Below, in pieces: positions 29,079-40,883 of a DNA stretch of 51,351 nt (position 1 is the first letter of the stretch; the number at the start of each line of letters is the position of its first letter). The stretch comes from Armatimonadota bacterium (GTDB taxonomy: Bacteria; Armatimonadota; Fimbriimonadia; Fimbriimonadales; GBS-DC), in the NCBI GenBank assembly GCA_037445735.1, contig JBBIJY010000021.1:1-51351 (forward strand), read 5' to 3'. A program made the translations under genes and the position numbers. Below the pieces are notes generated by a model. That model worked only from the letters and a program-made list of their open reading frames with translations, made no database searches and was not told the DNA's origin.

Positions 29079-30311
29079 CTACTCCATCGGCTGACGCAAA
29101 ACGCCCATAAACAAAATCACACCTGTCGGCTCATGACGCAATACATACACAAACGGACGGTCCGCACGAAACACTGGCTCCATTACCGTATCCCGTGTCA
29201 ATATCACTATCGTCGCAGCAGCCGCTTCGGTACCCTCCTCATCAACCTTAATCTTCGCCTTCTGACGCACAAAATCAATCGAGTCCGCGTCCCCGACATA
29301 AACCTTTGTAAACCCAAGCGGACCAAACGCCGCCCGAATGCCTAACTGCTGTAAAATCCCGTTCAACCAATACTCGCTCTCTATGACAAAACGCGGTACC
29401 TCCACACGCAGGGCTGTTGGACGCAACTGCTCCAGCCACTGCGCCCAGCGACCTGCTTTCAGGGAGGCTACCAGATGCCCCACCGAATGCCCTTCCCTGG
29501 GCAAAAGCAGGTACATCCGCACCGTATTGCCCTGATAAGGCAGCGCAACAATCTCCACTTCCTCCCCCTGCCAGTAAGGAATCGCCTCAAACCGTTGCAC
29601 CATCGGATAAAACCGAACCACCCGCCCCGTCTCCGTGCGAAATTCCGCCTGCACCTTCGAGCGCTCGAACGCCCGCTCAAACAGCCCCTTGAAGTACACG
29701 CAGTTGACCCCGGCAAAAGTAGCTTGCCTCAGGTCCATAGGTCTCACAAGCTCTTTAATCATTCCGAAGGTGTGCTGGTGTACCCACGCGTTGATTTTCT
29801 TTGCTGTGCCGATCACATCCCTCCTAAAATGAACCCGATGCGCCTCCGCTTTGTAGAACTGCGTTGCTGCCTGGGCAAAATCGGGATGTAAAACGCCCAT
29901 AGCCGTATCGTACCAGATAGAGTTTGCCACATGCAGGCGCAACGACTTCTCATCGGCAGGAAGCCTCTGCATCAGCGTCTCGCAGTAGCGGTTCACTGCG
30001 TCCACCGCCACCCCTTTGCCGTAGCCCAGCGTTTCCGCAATCTCGTCGTAGACCTGCCCCTCAGCTCCGTTGAGCATCAGGCTGAACAACATCTGCACGC
30101 CGAAGGGGGAGCAGACAAGGTTCTGGTCAGGTTTGGAACTGTCCATAATTTCCTGAAACAGCTGGAAAGCGAACTGAGAATTGCCCTCCAGGAAAGCAGC
30201 CTGGCTGGCGTCCAGCGGGGCGGATGAACCGCCCTGTTGTTGCTCGGTGCCGTTGCGGCAGCCGCTGAACAGCATCGCACTTGCCAGCAGCACAAGCCCA
30301 AAAGCTCGCAT
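29079..30311 (-). CDS. Serpin-family protease inhibitor, predicted lipoprotein
   Basis: Lipobox FSGC; NLVCSP, INAWV, NCVYFKG, hinge VDEEGTEAAAAT, FRADRPF..LFMG. Confidence 0.93.
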   Translation of the reverse strand: MRAFGLVLLASAMLFSGCRNGTEQQQGGSSAPLDASQAAFLEGNSQFAFQLFQEIMDSSKPDQNLVCSPFGVQMLFSLMLNGAEGQVYDEIAETLGYGKGVAVDAVNRYCETLMQRLPADEKSLRLHVANSIWYDTAMGVLHPDFAQAATQFYKAEAHRVHFRRDVIGTAKKINAWVHQHTFGMIKELVRPMDLRQATFAGVNCVYFKGLFERAFERSKVQAEFRTETGRVVRFYPMVQRFEAIPYWQGEEVEIVALPYQGNTVRMYLLLPREGHSVGHLVASLKAGRWAQWLEQLRPTALRVEVPRFVIESEYWLNGILQQLGIRAAFGPLGFTKVYVGDADSIDFVRQKAKIKVDEEGTEAAAATIVILTRDTVMEPVFRADRPFVYVLRHEPTGVILFMGVLRQPME

Positions 30312-30482
30312 CTTCCCGCCTCCACCGCAATTATACCTTATGACAAAGGGCAGTTGCTATATCATAGCAGGTGGGCGCACTAATCATGCTGGAAGCTTAT
30401 GCTATGGGGCTTTAGGGAAGGAGATGGTCTTTCCGCCGTTGCCATTCCTATCGGCTATAATCGATGGTGTGAGGGAGGCGGT

Positions 30483-31330
30483 ATGCAGATTCTGCGCACG
30501 ATTGAGGAAGTTCGGGACTGGGTTCGGGCGAGGCGGGCAGAAGGGCGCGCCATCCACTTCGTGCCCACGATGGGCTACTTCCATGAGGGGCATCTGAGCC
30601 TGATGCGCCGCGCGAAAGCCGATAACGGCGCGGTCATCATCAGCATCTTCGTGAACCCTCTGCAGTTCGGACCCCATGAGGACTATGAGCGCTACCCGCG
30701 CGATTTCGAGCGCGACCGCCATATGGCGGAATCGGTGGGCGTGGACGCCCTCTTTTACCCCGAAGTGCGCGAGATGTACCCGCCCGGCTTCCAGACGGAG
30801 GTGCGGGTGAAACAGCTCTCGCAACCCCTGTGTGGACGCTCGCGCCCGGGGCACTTCGAAGGCGTCGCGACCGTCGTGCTGAAGCTCTTCAATATCGTCA
30901 CGCCTGACCGCGCCTACTTCGGCGAGAAAGATTATCAACAGTTGCGGGTCATTCAGCAGATGGTGCGCGACCTGAACCTGCCCATCGAGATTGTGCCGTG
31001 CCCGATTGTGCGCGAAGCGGATGGGCTGGCGATGTCCTCACGCAATGTGTATCTCTCGCCCGGAGAGCGTCAGGCAGCGACGGTGCTGTACCGCAGCCTG
31101 CTATGGGCGCGGGAGCAGGTGCAGGCGGGTGAGCAGGATGCCCTGCGCATCCAGCGCGGCGTGTACGCGATGCTCGCGGCGGAGCCGCTGGCGCGAATCG
31201 ACTATGTGGAGCTGGTGGACGCCGAAACGCTGGAGCCAGTGAGCCGCATCGAGCGTCCGACCCTGCTCGCGCTGGCGGTCTACTTCGGCAGCGCCCGCCT
31301 GATCGACAACACCGTCCTGACCCCGCCCGA

Positions 31331-31334
<4 letters not shown>
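30483..31334 (+). CDS. panC: Pantoate--beta-alanine ligase
   Basis: [46 protein letters not shown]. Confidence 0.98.
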
Positions 31335-32992
<1,658 letters not shown>

Positions 32993-33238
32993 CGTTGCTG
33001 ACCTCCTTCGCGCTCGCAGCGATTATACCTGACAAATCTCACGGGTCGGAACCAGATAATCTTCCGGCGTAGAGTTCTTCCCGACCCACGCGGCATGCCA
33101 AGGTTCACATCGCATAAAAGCATTGCCACTCTCAATACACACTCACGGATGCCAGCCTCAGATCACCCACACAAAAAACTCCCCACCCACATTCAGCAAC
33201 CTCACCCTATTCCACAACACCAGCGTCACCCACACCCC

Positions 33239-33268
33239 TTGACTGCGCTGTCTCTGATAGGGTATAGT
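33239..33268 (+). promoter_or_regulatory. Near-consensus sigma70 promoter TTGACT-N18-TATAGT with no annotated downstream gene
   Basis: Read directly; faces the 3' end of ubiD. Confidence 0.4.
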
Positions 33269-33332
33269 AGAAATGCCATTGGGGCAAAGCCGTGCATGCA
33301 CCTTGACAATTGGGCGAAGGGGCGATTTGAGT

Positions 33333-34886
33333 TCAGAGGCGTGCTTCTGAGCGGGTGGATGTTCGCACCCGCCTGTGCAGGGATTGCATTTGTAGCCTAC
33401 CTGTGAGGGATTGAAACAGCTGGTCCCAGAGGGCGTCGATTCGCGCCTTCACTTCAGGCGACATGCGAATCACCTCGGGCCACTCGCGCTGGAAGCCCTC
33501 CTCTCTCCATTTGCGCGTGGCATCAAATCCGATTTTGCTGCCGAATCCGACAGCAGGGCTGGCATGATCCAGCACATCCACCGGACCCCTGACGAGGCAC
33601 ATATCGCGTTCGGGGTCCACATTCGCGCCCCAGCGCCACAGCACCTCGCCCAGATCATGCACATTCACATCCTCGTCGAACACCACGATGAACTTGCTGA
33701 ACATCAGCTGCCCCAGCCCCCACAGCGCGTGCATCACCTTGAAGGCGTGCCCCGGATAGCGTTTGCGGATGCTCACAAAGCAGAAGTTATGAAAGACGCC
33801 TTCAACGGGCAGGTTCATGTCCACAATCTCTGGCAGGGTGAGGCGAATAAGCGGCAGAAAGATTCGCTCGATGGCTTTGCCAATCCAGCCGTCCTCCATC
33901 GGCGGCACGCCTACAATCGTGGCAGGGTACACAGGGTTCATCCGATGGGTAATCGCGCTCACATGGAACACGGGGTAGTAATCGGGCAGGCTGTAGTAGC
34001 CTGTGTGGTCGCCAAAGGGTCCTTCCAGACAGCGTTCACCAGGCTGAATCGTGCCCTCGATCACGATCTCGGCGTTTGCGGGCACAAGCAGGTCGACGGT
34101 GCGGGCGGGCACCAGCTCGACAGGCTTTTTGCGCAGGAAGCCCGCAAACATCAGCTCATCGATGCCGGGCGGCAGGGGTGCAACCGCGCTGAAGATGAGC
34201 GCGGGATCGCCGCCCAGCGCCACCGCCACCTGAATGGGACGGCTGTGCGTCTCGGCGTTTTGATAGTGCGCGGCGCCGCCCTTGTGAATCTGCCAGTGCA
34301 TCGCGGTCGTGCACCGATCGAGCACCTGAATGCGGTACATGCCCACATTCCGCTTGCCTGTGTTCGGGTCATGGGTGAACACCAGTGGCAGCGTGATGTA
34401 CCGACCGCCGTCGCCCGGCCAGCAGTGCAGGATGGGCAGCTCGAACAGATCGACCGCATCACCCGTTTTGACCACCTCCTGGCAGATGCCCTCCCTGACG
34501 GTGATGGGTGGCACGCTGCGGGCGACCTGCAGCAGTTTGCCAAGCTGCGGCAACAGTTGCGGCAGCGCCTGCAGCTTGCCCATCAGCCCGCCGCTAAGGG
34601 TGGGCAGCTCCGGCTGGAGCAGTTGCTCAATCTCGCGGGCAATCTGCTCGTAGTCATCGACGCCGAGCGCGAGGCTCATCCGCCGCCGTGAACCGAGCGT
34701 GTTGATGGCGATCGGGATATCGGAGCCTTTCGGGCGCTCTATCAGCAAGGCGGGACCGCCCTGCTTCATCACGCGGTCCGCGACCTCCGTGACCTCCAGA
34801 TAGGGGTCTAACGGATAATGAATACGGCACAGCTCGTTCTCCTGCTCCAGACGCAGCAGAAACTCCTGAAAGTCGCGATATGCCAT
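33333..34886 (-). CDS. ubiD: UbiD-family decarboxylase (menaquinone biosynthesis type)
   Basis: MAYRDFQEF start, WPGDGGRYITLP, RNVGMYR, EGPFGDHTGYY, DVLDHAS. Confidence 0.93.
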   Translation of the reverse strand: MAYRDFQEFLLRLEQENELCRIHYPLDPYLEVTEVADRVMKQGGPALLIERPKGSDIPIAINTLGSRRRMSLALGVDDYEQIAREIEQLLQPELPTLSGGLMGKLQALPQLLPQLGKLLQVARSVPPITVREGICQEVVKTGDAVDLFELPILHCWPGDGGRYITLPLVFTHDPNTGKRNVGMYRIQVLDRCTTAMHWQIHKGGAAHYQNAETHSRPIQVAVALGGDPALIFSAVAPLPPGIDELMFAGFLRKKPVELVPARTVDLLVPANAEIVIEGTIQPGERCLEGPFGDHTGYYSLPDYYPVFHVSAITHRMNPVYPATIVGVPPMEDGWIGKAIERIFLPLIRLTLPEIVDMNLPVEGVFHNFCFVSIRKRYPGHAFKVMHALWGLGQLMFSKFIVVFDEDVNVHDLGEVLWRWGANVDPERDMCLVRGPVDVLDHASPAVGFGSKIGFDATRKWREEGFQREWPEVIRMSPEVKARIDALWDQLFQSLTGRLQMQSLHRRVRTSTRSEARL

Positions 34887-34893
34887 CGCTCCA

Positions 34894-36042
34894 CTATCTC
34901 CCGCGCAACAACCCCGAACCCCACAGCACCGCCAGCGTGGAGAGGGCGGAGGTGACCTGCCCGTAGTCGAGGCGTTTGGTCTCGGCGATATAGACGACAT
35001 CGCCTTCGCGGATGGGCGGGTTCGCGCTTGCGTCGCCCCGCTTCAGAAAACGCAGATAGGGGATTTCAAGCCGCTTGACCTCGCCGTTTTCGAGGCGCAG
35101 CACATAGACGCGCGAGGTCAGCGCACGGGCGGTGGTGCCACCTGCCAGCCCAATCGCGTCCGACAGCAGCAGCGGCTTGCCTTCCGGAATGAGATAGTAG
35201 CCTGGTCGGGCAACCTGACCCACAATCGCGAACCGACTGAGATTGGTCGGGATGACCAGCAGGTCGCCATCCTGCAGGCGCACATTCTGCTCGATACGCC
35301 CCTCCACGATCGCGGCATACAGGTCGACGGGAATGAAGCTGCCTTTGCGGTCGATGAAGGCGCGGCGCAGGCTGGCGTTTTCGGGATGATAGCCCTGCGC
35401 GGCGGCGACCGCCTGCACCACACCGCTGCCCATCTCCAGATCGTAAAAGCCCGGCGCGTTCACCTGCCCGCTCACATAGACGCGGACGGTCTGCTGCTGC
35501 TGGACGCTGATTTTGTCGCCGGGTCGCAAGGGAATATTGGCGGCGGGGTCGCCCCGATGATAGAGCGCCACGAGGTCTAACGGGATGGTCTGCTCGCCGC
35601 GCATGAGGAACGCAACCGCGCGTTCCGGCAGAATCTTGAGACCTTCAGCGGCGGCAATCGCTTCGAACACGCGCCAGCCAGGTTGAATGGGATAGGCACC
35701 GGGCTTGCCAACCTGACCTTCCACAAACACGAGCTGGGGACGCGCCTGCTTGAGCGACACCGACACCACTGGCTCGCGCAATCGCTGGCGCAACGCAGCG
35801 CGCAGCTGCTCCTCCAGCTGCTGCAGGGTCAGCCCGCGCACGCGAATGGCGCCCGCGCCGTGAAACAGCACGCGCCCATCAGGTGGCACCTCATACTCGC
35901 CACTGAACTCCGGATGACGCACAACCACCACCGAAATCACATCGCCTGTGTCGAGGGTGTAGGTCTCGTTCTGGCGCAGGGATGCCATGCTGGTGTGCCA
36001 GAGGGTCAGTATCAGCCCGATGCAGCAGAGGGCTCGTGTCAT
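34894..36042 (-). CDS. Polysaccharide export protein (Wza/Poly_export with SLBB repeats)
   Basis: YTLDTGDVISV, VPPDGRV, repeated G.V..PG.Y SLBB motifs. Confidence 0.85.
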   Translation of the reverse strand: MTRALCCIGLILTLWHTSMASLRQNETYTLDTGDVISVVVVRHPEFSGEYEVPPDGRVLFHGAGAIRVRGLTLQQLEEQLRAALRQRLREPVVSVSLKQARPQLVFVEGQVGKPGAYPIQPGWRVFEAIAAAEGLKILPERAVAFLMRGEQTIPLDLVALYHRGDPAANIPLRPGDKISVQQQQTVRVYVSGQVNAPGFYDLEMGSGVVQAVAAAQGYHPENASLRRAFIDRKGSFIPVDLYAAIVEGRIEQNVRLQDGDLLVIPTNLSRFAIVGQVARPGYYLIPEGKPLLLSDAIGLAGGTTARALTSRVYVLRLENGEVKRLEIPYLRFLKRGDASANPPIREGDVVYIAETKRLDYGQVTSALSTLAVLWGSGLLRGR

Positions 36043-37853
36043 GCGCGCGCCTCCTCCTGAACCAGAATAGCTCCGACGACCTGCGGTTGCAGGTTCTGCA
36101 ACATCAGCAGTTGCTGGTCGTCCAGTTCGTGGTCGCGGGGCACGATCAGCAGCAGGCGCTGGGACTCGCTGGGGTATGCCCGCTCCGCCTCGCGCACCTG
36201 CAGCAGCCCGTTGGTGGCAGCGGGCAGCTCCGCATTGCTTGCGGGAAGGGACGATTGCCCTGTACCACCTGCTTTCTCGGGTGCACTGTGGGAGACGGAG
36301 AGGGCTGACCGGGTCATTTCCGTCAGGGCGCGGGTGATGTGCGCGGTGGCAGGCGTGTCAGCCAGTGGCAGGGCGATCGCCGTCTGCCACTGCTCGCCGC
36401 CACCTGCCGCGCGCAGGCTCCAGAGCAACATCTGCAGATGCTGACTATTGAGCTGAGACGGTTTGACCTCCGCCAGCACGGGCACACCCAGCAATCGCTC
36501 CACATCCCAGCGCGTGCGCAGGCGCCGCTCGTTCCACGCCCGAACGAATGCCAGCATCAGTCCCACCATCAAGCCGAGCGCGGCAGCGAGCGTGGTGGTC
36601 AGCACGGGGCGCGGGAACGCGGGCACATCAGGCAGATAAGCAGGCTCCAGCAAGATAGGCGACACACGCCCGATCAGCTGCTGCGCCCGCGCCTGCTCAT
36701 AGGCTTTGATCTTCTCGGTCCAGAGCGTCTGGGCGACCTCCTGCTGGCGCCGAATCGCGCCATATTCTGCCATGAGGGCAGGCACGCGGCGGAACTGGCG
36801 CTCTAACTGCGCCTGCTCGCCCTGCAGATAGCGAATCAGCCCATCGGTCGCCTCACGCTCCGCTTCCGTTAGCAGCAGCGCCTGCAACATCTGCTGATAC
36901 ACAGGGTTCACCGATTCCTGGCGCGTGAGCAATTTAAATTCGCCCTGAACCGCGTTCTGCAGCAGGCGTGCCCGCTCGCGCTGTGCCTGCTCAATCTGAA
37001 TCTCCAGCGCGCGGGCCTCTGGCGAATCGGGCTGGTACTCGCTGCGCTCAATCTGCAGTTCGGCGATTTTCTTGTTGAGTTCCTGCACTTCGGGCGGGAT
37101 GGCGATTGTGCGGCTCAGCTCCATCGAGAAGGGCTGGCGGGCTAACTGCGCGCGCAGCTCGGCGATCTGACGGGTGAGCGCACGCTGTTTGCCCTGTTGC
37201 TCACGCAACTGAGCCAGCAAATCCATATATTTCTCCATGCCTTTCGCCAGCTCCTGATCGGGCGCCACGAGCCGCTTCTGCTCCAGAAAGCGCACCAGCC
37301 GCTCATCCAGCTCGCGCAGACGCTGCTCCTGCGCCTCGATTTCGCGCGAAAGGCGAGCCAGCAGGTTGCTGGGGTTCTGGTCGTACAGTTCACGCACGAA
37401 GCGGAGATATTCCTCCGCCCAGGTGCTGGCGAGGCGGGCGGCTCTGGAGGGCGTCTCGTCGGAGGCGGTGATTTCGATAACTGTCGAGTTGCGAACCGCC
37501 TGCGTGCGGAATCGGCGGCTGAACTGCCGATAGGGTTCCTCGTAGCCCAGTCGCTTCTGCACACGCTCCAGCACGGAGCGCGATTCCAGCACCTGCCGCT
37601 GCGTTTCGATGTCGGGATTGCCGCCACCCAGAATCATTGTTAGCCCGCCGAGACTGGGCATCGCGGTGGGCGCATCGATGAGCAGCTGTGCGGAGGCGTC
37701 ATAGCGTTTGGGCGCGAACAGCACAATCCCCAGCCCCAGCAGAATGCCCAGCGCCAAGCCGCCTGCTATCCAGCGCCACTGGCAACGCAGCGCATGGGCC
37801 AGCCATGGCAGGGCAATCGTGGTCTCACGCTCTACCCAGCTTCCCTCCTGCAT
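36039..37853 (-). CDS. Wzz/Wzc (GumC)-like polysaccharide co-polymerase with degenerate C-terminal domain
   Basis: Two TM helices flanking a long coiled coil, P..P..PRP motif, DVERLLGVPVLA; no Walker A. Confidence 0.8.
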   Translation of the reverse strand: MQEGSWVERETTIALPWLAHALRCQWRWIAGGLALGILLGLGIVLFAPKRYDASAQLLIDAPTAMPSLGGLTMILGGGNPDIETQRQVLESRSVLERVQKRLGYEEPYRQFSRRFRTQAVRNSTVIEITASDETPSRAARLASTWAEEYLRFVRELYDQNPSNLLARLSREIEAQEQRLRELDERLVRFLEQKRLVAPDQELAKGMEKYMDLLAQLREQQGKQRALTRQIAELRAQLARQPFSMELSRTIAIPPEVQELNKKIAELQIERSEYQPDSPEARALEIQIEQAQRERARLLQNAVQGEFKLLTRQESVNPVYQQMLQALLLTEAEREATDGLIRYLQGEQAQLERQFRRVPALMAEYGAIRRQQEVAQTLWTEKIKAYEQARAQQLIGRVSPILLEPAYLPDVPAFPRPVLTTTLAAALGLMVGLMLAFVRAWNERRLRTRWDVERLLGVPVLAEVKPSQLNSQHLQMLLWSLRAAGGGEQWQTAIALPLADTPATAHITRALTEMTRSALSVSHSAPEKAGGTGQSSLPASNAELPAATNGLLQVREAERAYPSESQRLLLIVPRDHELDDQQLLMLQNLQPQVVGAILVQEEARA

Positions 37854-37886
37854 GATCGTCGCGTTTGCATTATACCTGCAGGGTTG

Positions 37887-39476
37887 CTAAAAGCCCGCCG
37901 CCATCCCTTCGGTGCGCGGGTCGGAGCCGGCGTACCATGCGTCACGCACGCGCTGGATGACCTGCGCCGCGCTGGGGTGCGTGCCGTGCTCATTTACCTG
38001 CACGCTATGCCCGCGCCGGCGCAACTCCTCCACGATGGCGTTCGACGGCTCGCGCTCGGTGGCGGGCACTTCAATGCTGAGCGTGCCAGGCGATGGCTCC
38101 GTGCTTTGAGCGGGCTGCCACGCCCAGCGCGGCTGTTCAATCGCGCTCTGCGGGTCGCGCTCAAAATCGATCAGCTGCGAAATCACCTGCAGGTTCGTCT
38201 GCACCTGAATGTCGCCGCCAGGCGTGCCGCCCACAAAGGCGAGCGTGCCCCGGCGCGTGATGAGATAGGCGTTCAGCGTGTGAATCGGGCGCTTGCCCGG
38301 TTGCAGATAGTTCGGGCTTTGCGGGTTCAGGCTGAAGCCCCGCATGCGGTTGTTCAGCAGGATGCCTGTGCCCTCGATCACCACGCCGCAGCCGAACGGG
38401 TGGTAAACGCTCTGAATGAAGGAGATGGCGTTGCCCTCTTTGTCGGCGATGCAGAAATAGGTGGTGTTGGTCTCGCGCAGGGCGCCCGGCTGCGGGATCG
38501 CCTGCGCGCGAGCCGATTGAATCGCCTCCCGCCGACTGGCAATGAACTCTGGCGAGAGCAGCTCCGCGGTTCGGTCGGGCACAACGCGCGGGTCGCCCAG
38601 GTAGCGCCAGCGGTCAGCAAACGCGCACTTGATGGCTTCCACCATCCAGTGAATGCGGTCGGCGGGCGCCATCTCGCGCAGGTTGACCCCATCCAGAATC
38701 GCCAGCGCCTCTGCCAGGATAATCCCCTGCGACACGGGCGGCTGGGCGTGCACCGTATAGCCGCGATAGCTGACCTTCAGCGGCTCGCGCAGCTCCGACG
38801 CATGCGACGCCAGATCCTCCAGTTCGAACCAGCCTCCCTGCTGACGGCAGAACTCGACGATTCGGCGGGCGATGTCGCCTTTGTAGAAGGCGTCGCGCCC
38901 GCCCTCGGCAATCTGTTGCAGGGTACGGGCGAGGTCGGGACAGCGCACGCACTCGCCCGCGCGCGGCGGCTGGCTCTGATGGAGCAGCGCACTAATAATG
39001 GGGCGCAGCTCACGACTGCGTGCCGCGTTGCGCCAGATAGCTTCCTTGCGCGGGCTGATGGGATAGCCCTCGCGCGCGTACTCAATCGCAGGTTCAAGCA
39101 GGCGGGCAAAAGGCAGCTTACCATAAAGCGCGTGCAGGCGTGCCCAGGCGTCCACCAGACCGGGCACGGTGGCGGCGCTGATACCGCGCAGGGGAATGCC
39201 ACCGGGAAATCGCTCCGGCTTGCCCGCGGCGGGCGCAGCGCCCGAACCGTTCAGTGCGAGTGTCTGCCGACGCTCCGCATCGTACAGCACCACGAACGCA
39301 TCGCCGCCCAGATGGCTCGCCCACGGCTCCACCACACACAGCACCGCCGAGGTGGCGATTGCCGCATCCACACAGCTGCCACCCGAGCGCAGGATGTGCA
39401 GCCCCGCGCTGACCGCCAGCGGCTGCGACGACGCCACAATGCCCTTTTCAGCCACCACCACACTGCGTGAGAGCAT
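37887..39476 (-). CDS. ggt: Gamma-glutamyltransferase family protein
   Basis: SHLGGDAF, TVPGLVDAW, NTTYF autocleavage Thr, PGKRPIHTL, GTPGGD, GSDPR. Confidence 0.93.
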   Translation of the reverse strand: MLSRSVVVAEKGIVASSQPLAVSAGLHILRSGGSCVDAAIATSAVLCVVEPWASHLGGDAFVVLYDAERRQTLALNGSGAAPAAGKPERFPGGIPLRGISAATVPGLVDAWARLHALYGKLPFARLLEPAIEYAREGYPISPRKEAIWRNAARSRELRPIISALLHQSQPPRAGECVRCPDLARTLQQIAEGGRDAFYKGDIARRIVEFCRQQGGWFELEDLASHASELREPLKVSYRGYTVHAQPPVSQGIILAEALAILDGVNLREMAPADRIHWMVEAIKCAFADRWRYLGDPRVVPDRTAELLSPEFIASRREAIQSARAQAIPQPGALRETNTTYFCIADKEGNAISFIQSVYHPFGCGVVIEGTGILLNNRMRGFSLNPQSPNYLQPGKRPIHTLNAYLITRRGTLAFVGGTPGGDIQVQTNLQVISQLIDFERDPQSAIEQPRWAWQPAQSTEPSPGTLSIEVPATEREPSNAIVEELRRRGHSVQVNEHGTHPSAAQVIQRVRDAWYAGSDPRTEGMAAGF

Positions 39477-39489
39477 GGCTTCGCCCGAT

Positions 39490-39764
39490 GGTGGTCGCGC
39501 ACCGGCTGTTGTCGTGCCCCTCCGCGGCGTCTGACCGACCCACCGCTCCGACCGGGATGACTCCGGCACACGGGAGACCGACTTACCGTTGCTCCCTTCC
39601 GGGCCTGGCGGGGTTCACCGATCCCTCGTTGCGAAGGTCCCGATCATCCACACGGCGGTCTGCCAGCGTTTCGCACAGGGGACACGCCGCGAGCCGGGAT
39701 TCAGCCCTGCTATGGCGGATTGCAGGTACAGGGAACCGCCAGCTCCCCGCTTAGCGCGACCACC
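39490..39764 (-). ncRNA. ffs: Signal recognition particle RNA, large (Alu-containing) bacterial type
   Basis: 5' GCUAAGCGGGGAG..GGUUCCCUGUACCUGCAAUCCGC like Bacillus scRNA; helix 8 GAACCCCGCCAGGCCCGGAAGGGAGCAACGG; terminal helix GGUGGUCGCGC/GCGCGACCACC; -10 GGTACACT at 39778-39771. Confidence 0.95.
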
Positions 39765-39789
39765 AGCAAAAGTGTACCCGCTCAGCAGG

Positions 39790-40776
39790 CTATCCCTGCA
39801 CCGGCACTGGCACGCCGCCCGCCTTCGCCGATTGCCACGCCGCCTCCGTGAAGGCAATCACCTTCAGCCCATCTTCAGGCTTCGACTGCACCTCCTCGCG
39901 CCCCAGGATGGCGTTCACGAAGTTAATCACCGGCTGTGAGCCTTCGGGCAGGTTCTCCGGGCGATAACGATTGCCGTTCGCGTCGCAAATCTCCAGCTGG
40001 TCCTGACGAATGAGATAGGTCGCCTCACTGCCCACGATGGTGATCTCCTCGTGCCAGCCGACGGTGGTGCTACCAATAATCGACAGGTTGCCAATCGCGC
40101 CGCTGGCGTACTCAAACGCCAGCGCGGAGTTGATATCGACGGGCACATCGAAATACTGCATATATGCGCTCACCTTTGTCGCTGGCGCGTCCACAATCCA
40201 GAGCAGGAAATCGACCAGATGGCTGCCCGTGTCGTTGAGCTGACCGCCGCCTGAAAGGGCGGGGTCCTGACGCCATGTGCCGCGCGTCATGCGATACCAG
40301 CGTTGCAGGTTAATCGCCTGCACGAAGTGGAGGTCGCCAATCTCGCCGCGCCGAATGCCCTCATACACATAGCGATAGATGGGAATGTAGTGGCGCTGAT
40401 AGGCGACCAGCCCCACCTTGCCCGTCTCCTTGAAGCGCTTCACCAGAATGCGCGCATGCTCGCTGGTGCAGACCATCGGCTTCTCGATCATCACATGCAA
40501 GCCCCTATCCAGCGCGTCCATCGCCTGCTGAAAGTGCAGGGTGTGCGGGGTAACAATCAGCACGCCGTCCAGCTCCACCTGATCGAGCATGGCGCGATAG
40601 TCGTCGAAGAAGGGCACCTCCTGCAGGTTCGGGAACCGCTCCAGCGTGCGGGCGCGCTGCTCCTCGCTCGGCTCCGCAATCGCAACAACCGATGCCTCCG
40701 AAACGCCCTGAAGCACATTCAGGTGGTGGCGTGCCATGCCACCACAGCCGATCAGACCCAATCGTACCTGACTCAT
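39790..40776 (-). CDS. Gfo/Idh/MocA-family oxidoreductase
   Basis: GLIGCGGMA, TPHTLH, EKPM, GGGQLNDTGSHLVD. Confidence 0.92.
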   Translation of the reverse strand: MSQVRLGLIGCGGMARHHLNVLQGVSEASVVAIAEPSEEQRARTLERFPNLQEVPFFDDYRAMLDQVELDGVLIVTPHTLHFQQAMDALDRGLHVMIEKPMVCTSEHARILVKRFKETGKVGLVAYQRHYIPIYRYVYEGIRRGEIGDLHFVQAINLQRWYRMTRGTWRQDPALSGGGQLNDTGSHLVDFLLWIVDAPATKVSAYMQYFDVPVDINSALAFEYASGAIGNLSIIGSTTVGWHEEITIVGSEATYLIRQDQLEICDANGNRYRPENLPEGSQPVINFVNAILGREEVQSKPEDGLKVIAFTEAAWQSAKAGGVPVPVQG

Positions 40777-40809
40777 AACGCTCTCCTCCTTCGTCTCATC
40801 CAAACCCCT

Positions 40810-40869
40810 TTCGACAGCGGAACCGCATTCCCTGTTCTGTTCGGCAGGAAGTTCGCCTGCAGGGGCGAA
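40810..40869. promoter_or_regulatory. Back-to-back SigH-like promoters (CAGGR-N16-CGAA) for the Gfo/Idh/MocA gene (-) and nudF-pheA (+)
   Basis: ACAGGG-N16-CGAA at 40835-40810 (-) and GCAGGA-N16-CGAA at 40844-40869 (+). Confidence 0.5.
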
Positions 40870-40883
40870 CTGAAGGCGTCAGG

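Noticed and set aside
39251-39939. Short ORFs across 39480-39790 and the extended ggt N-terminus
   Set aside because: The region is occupied by the SRP RNA.
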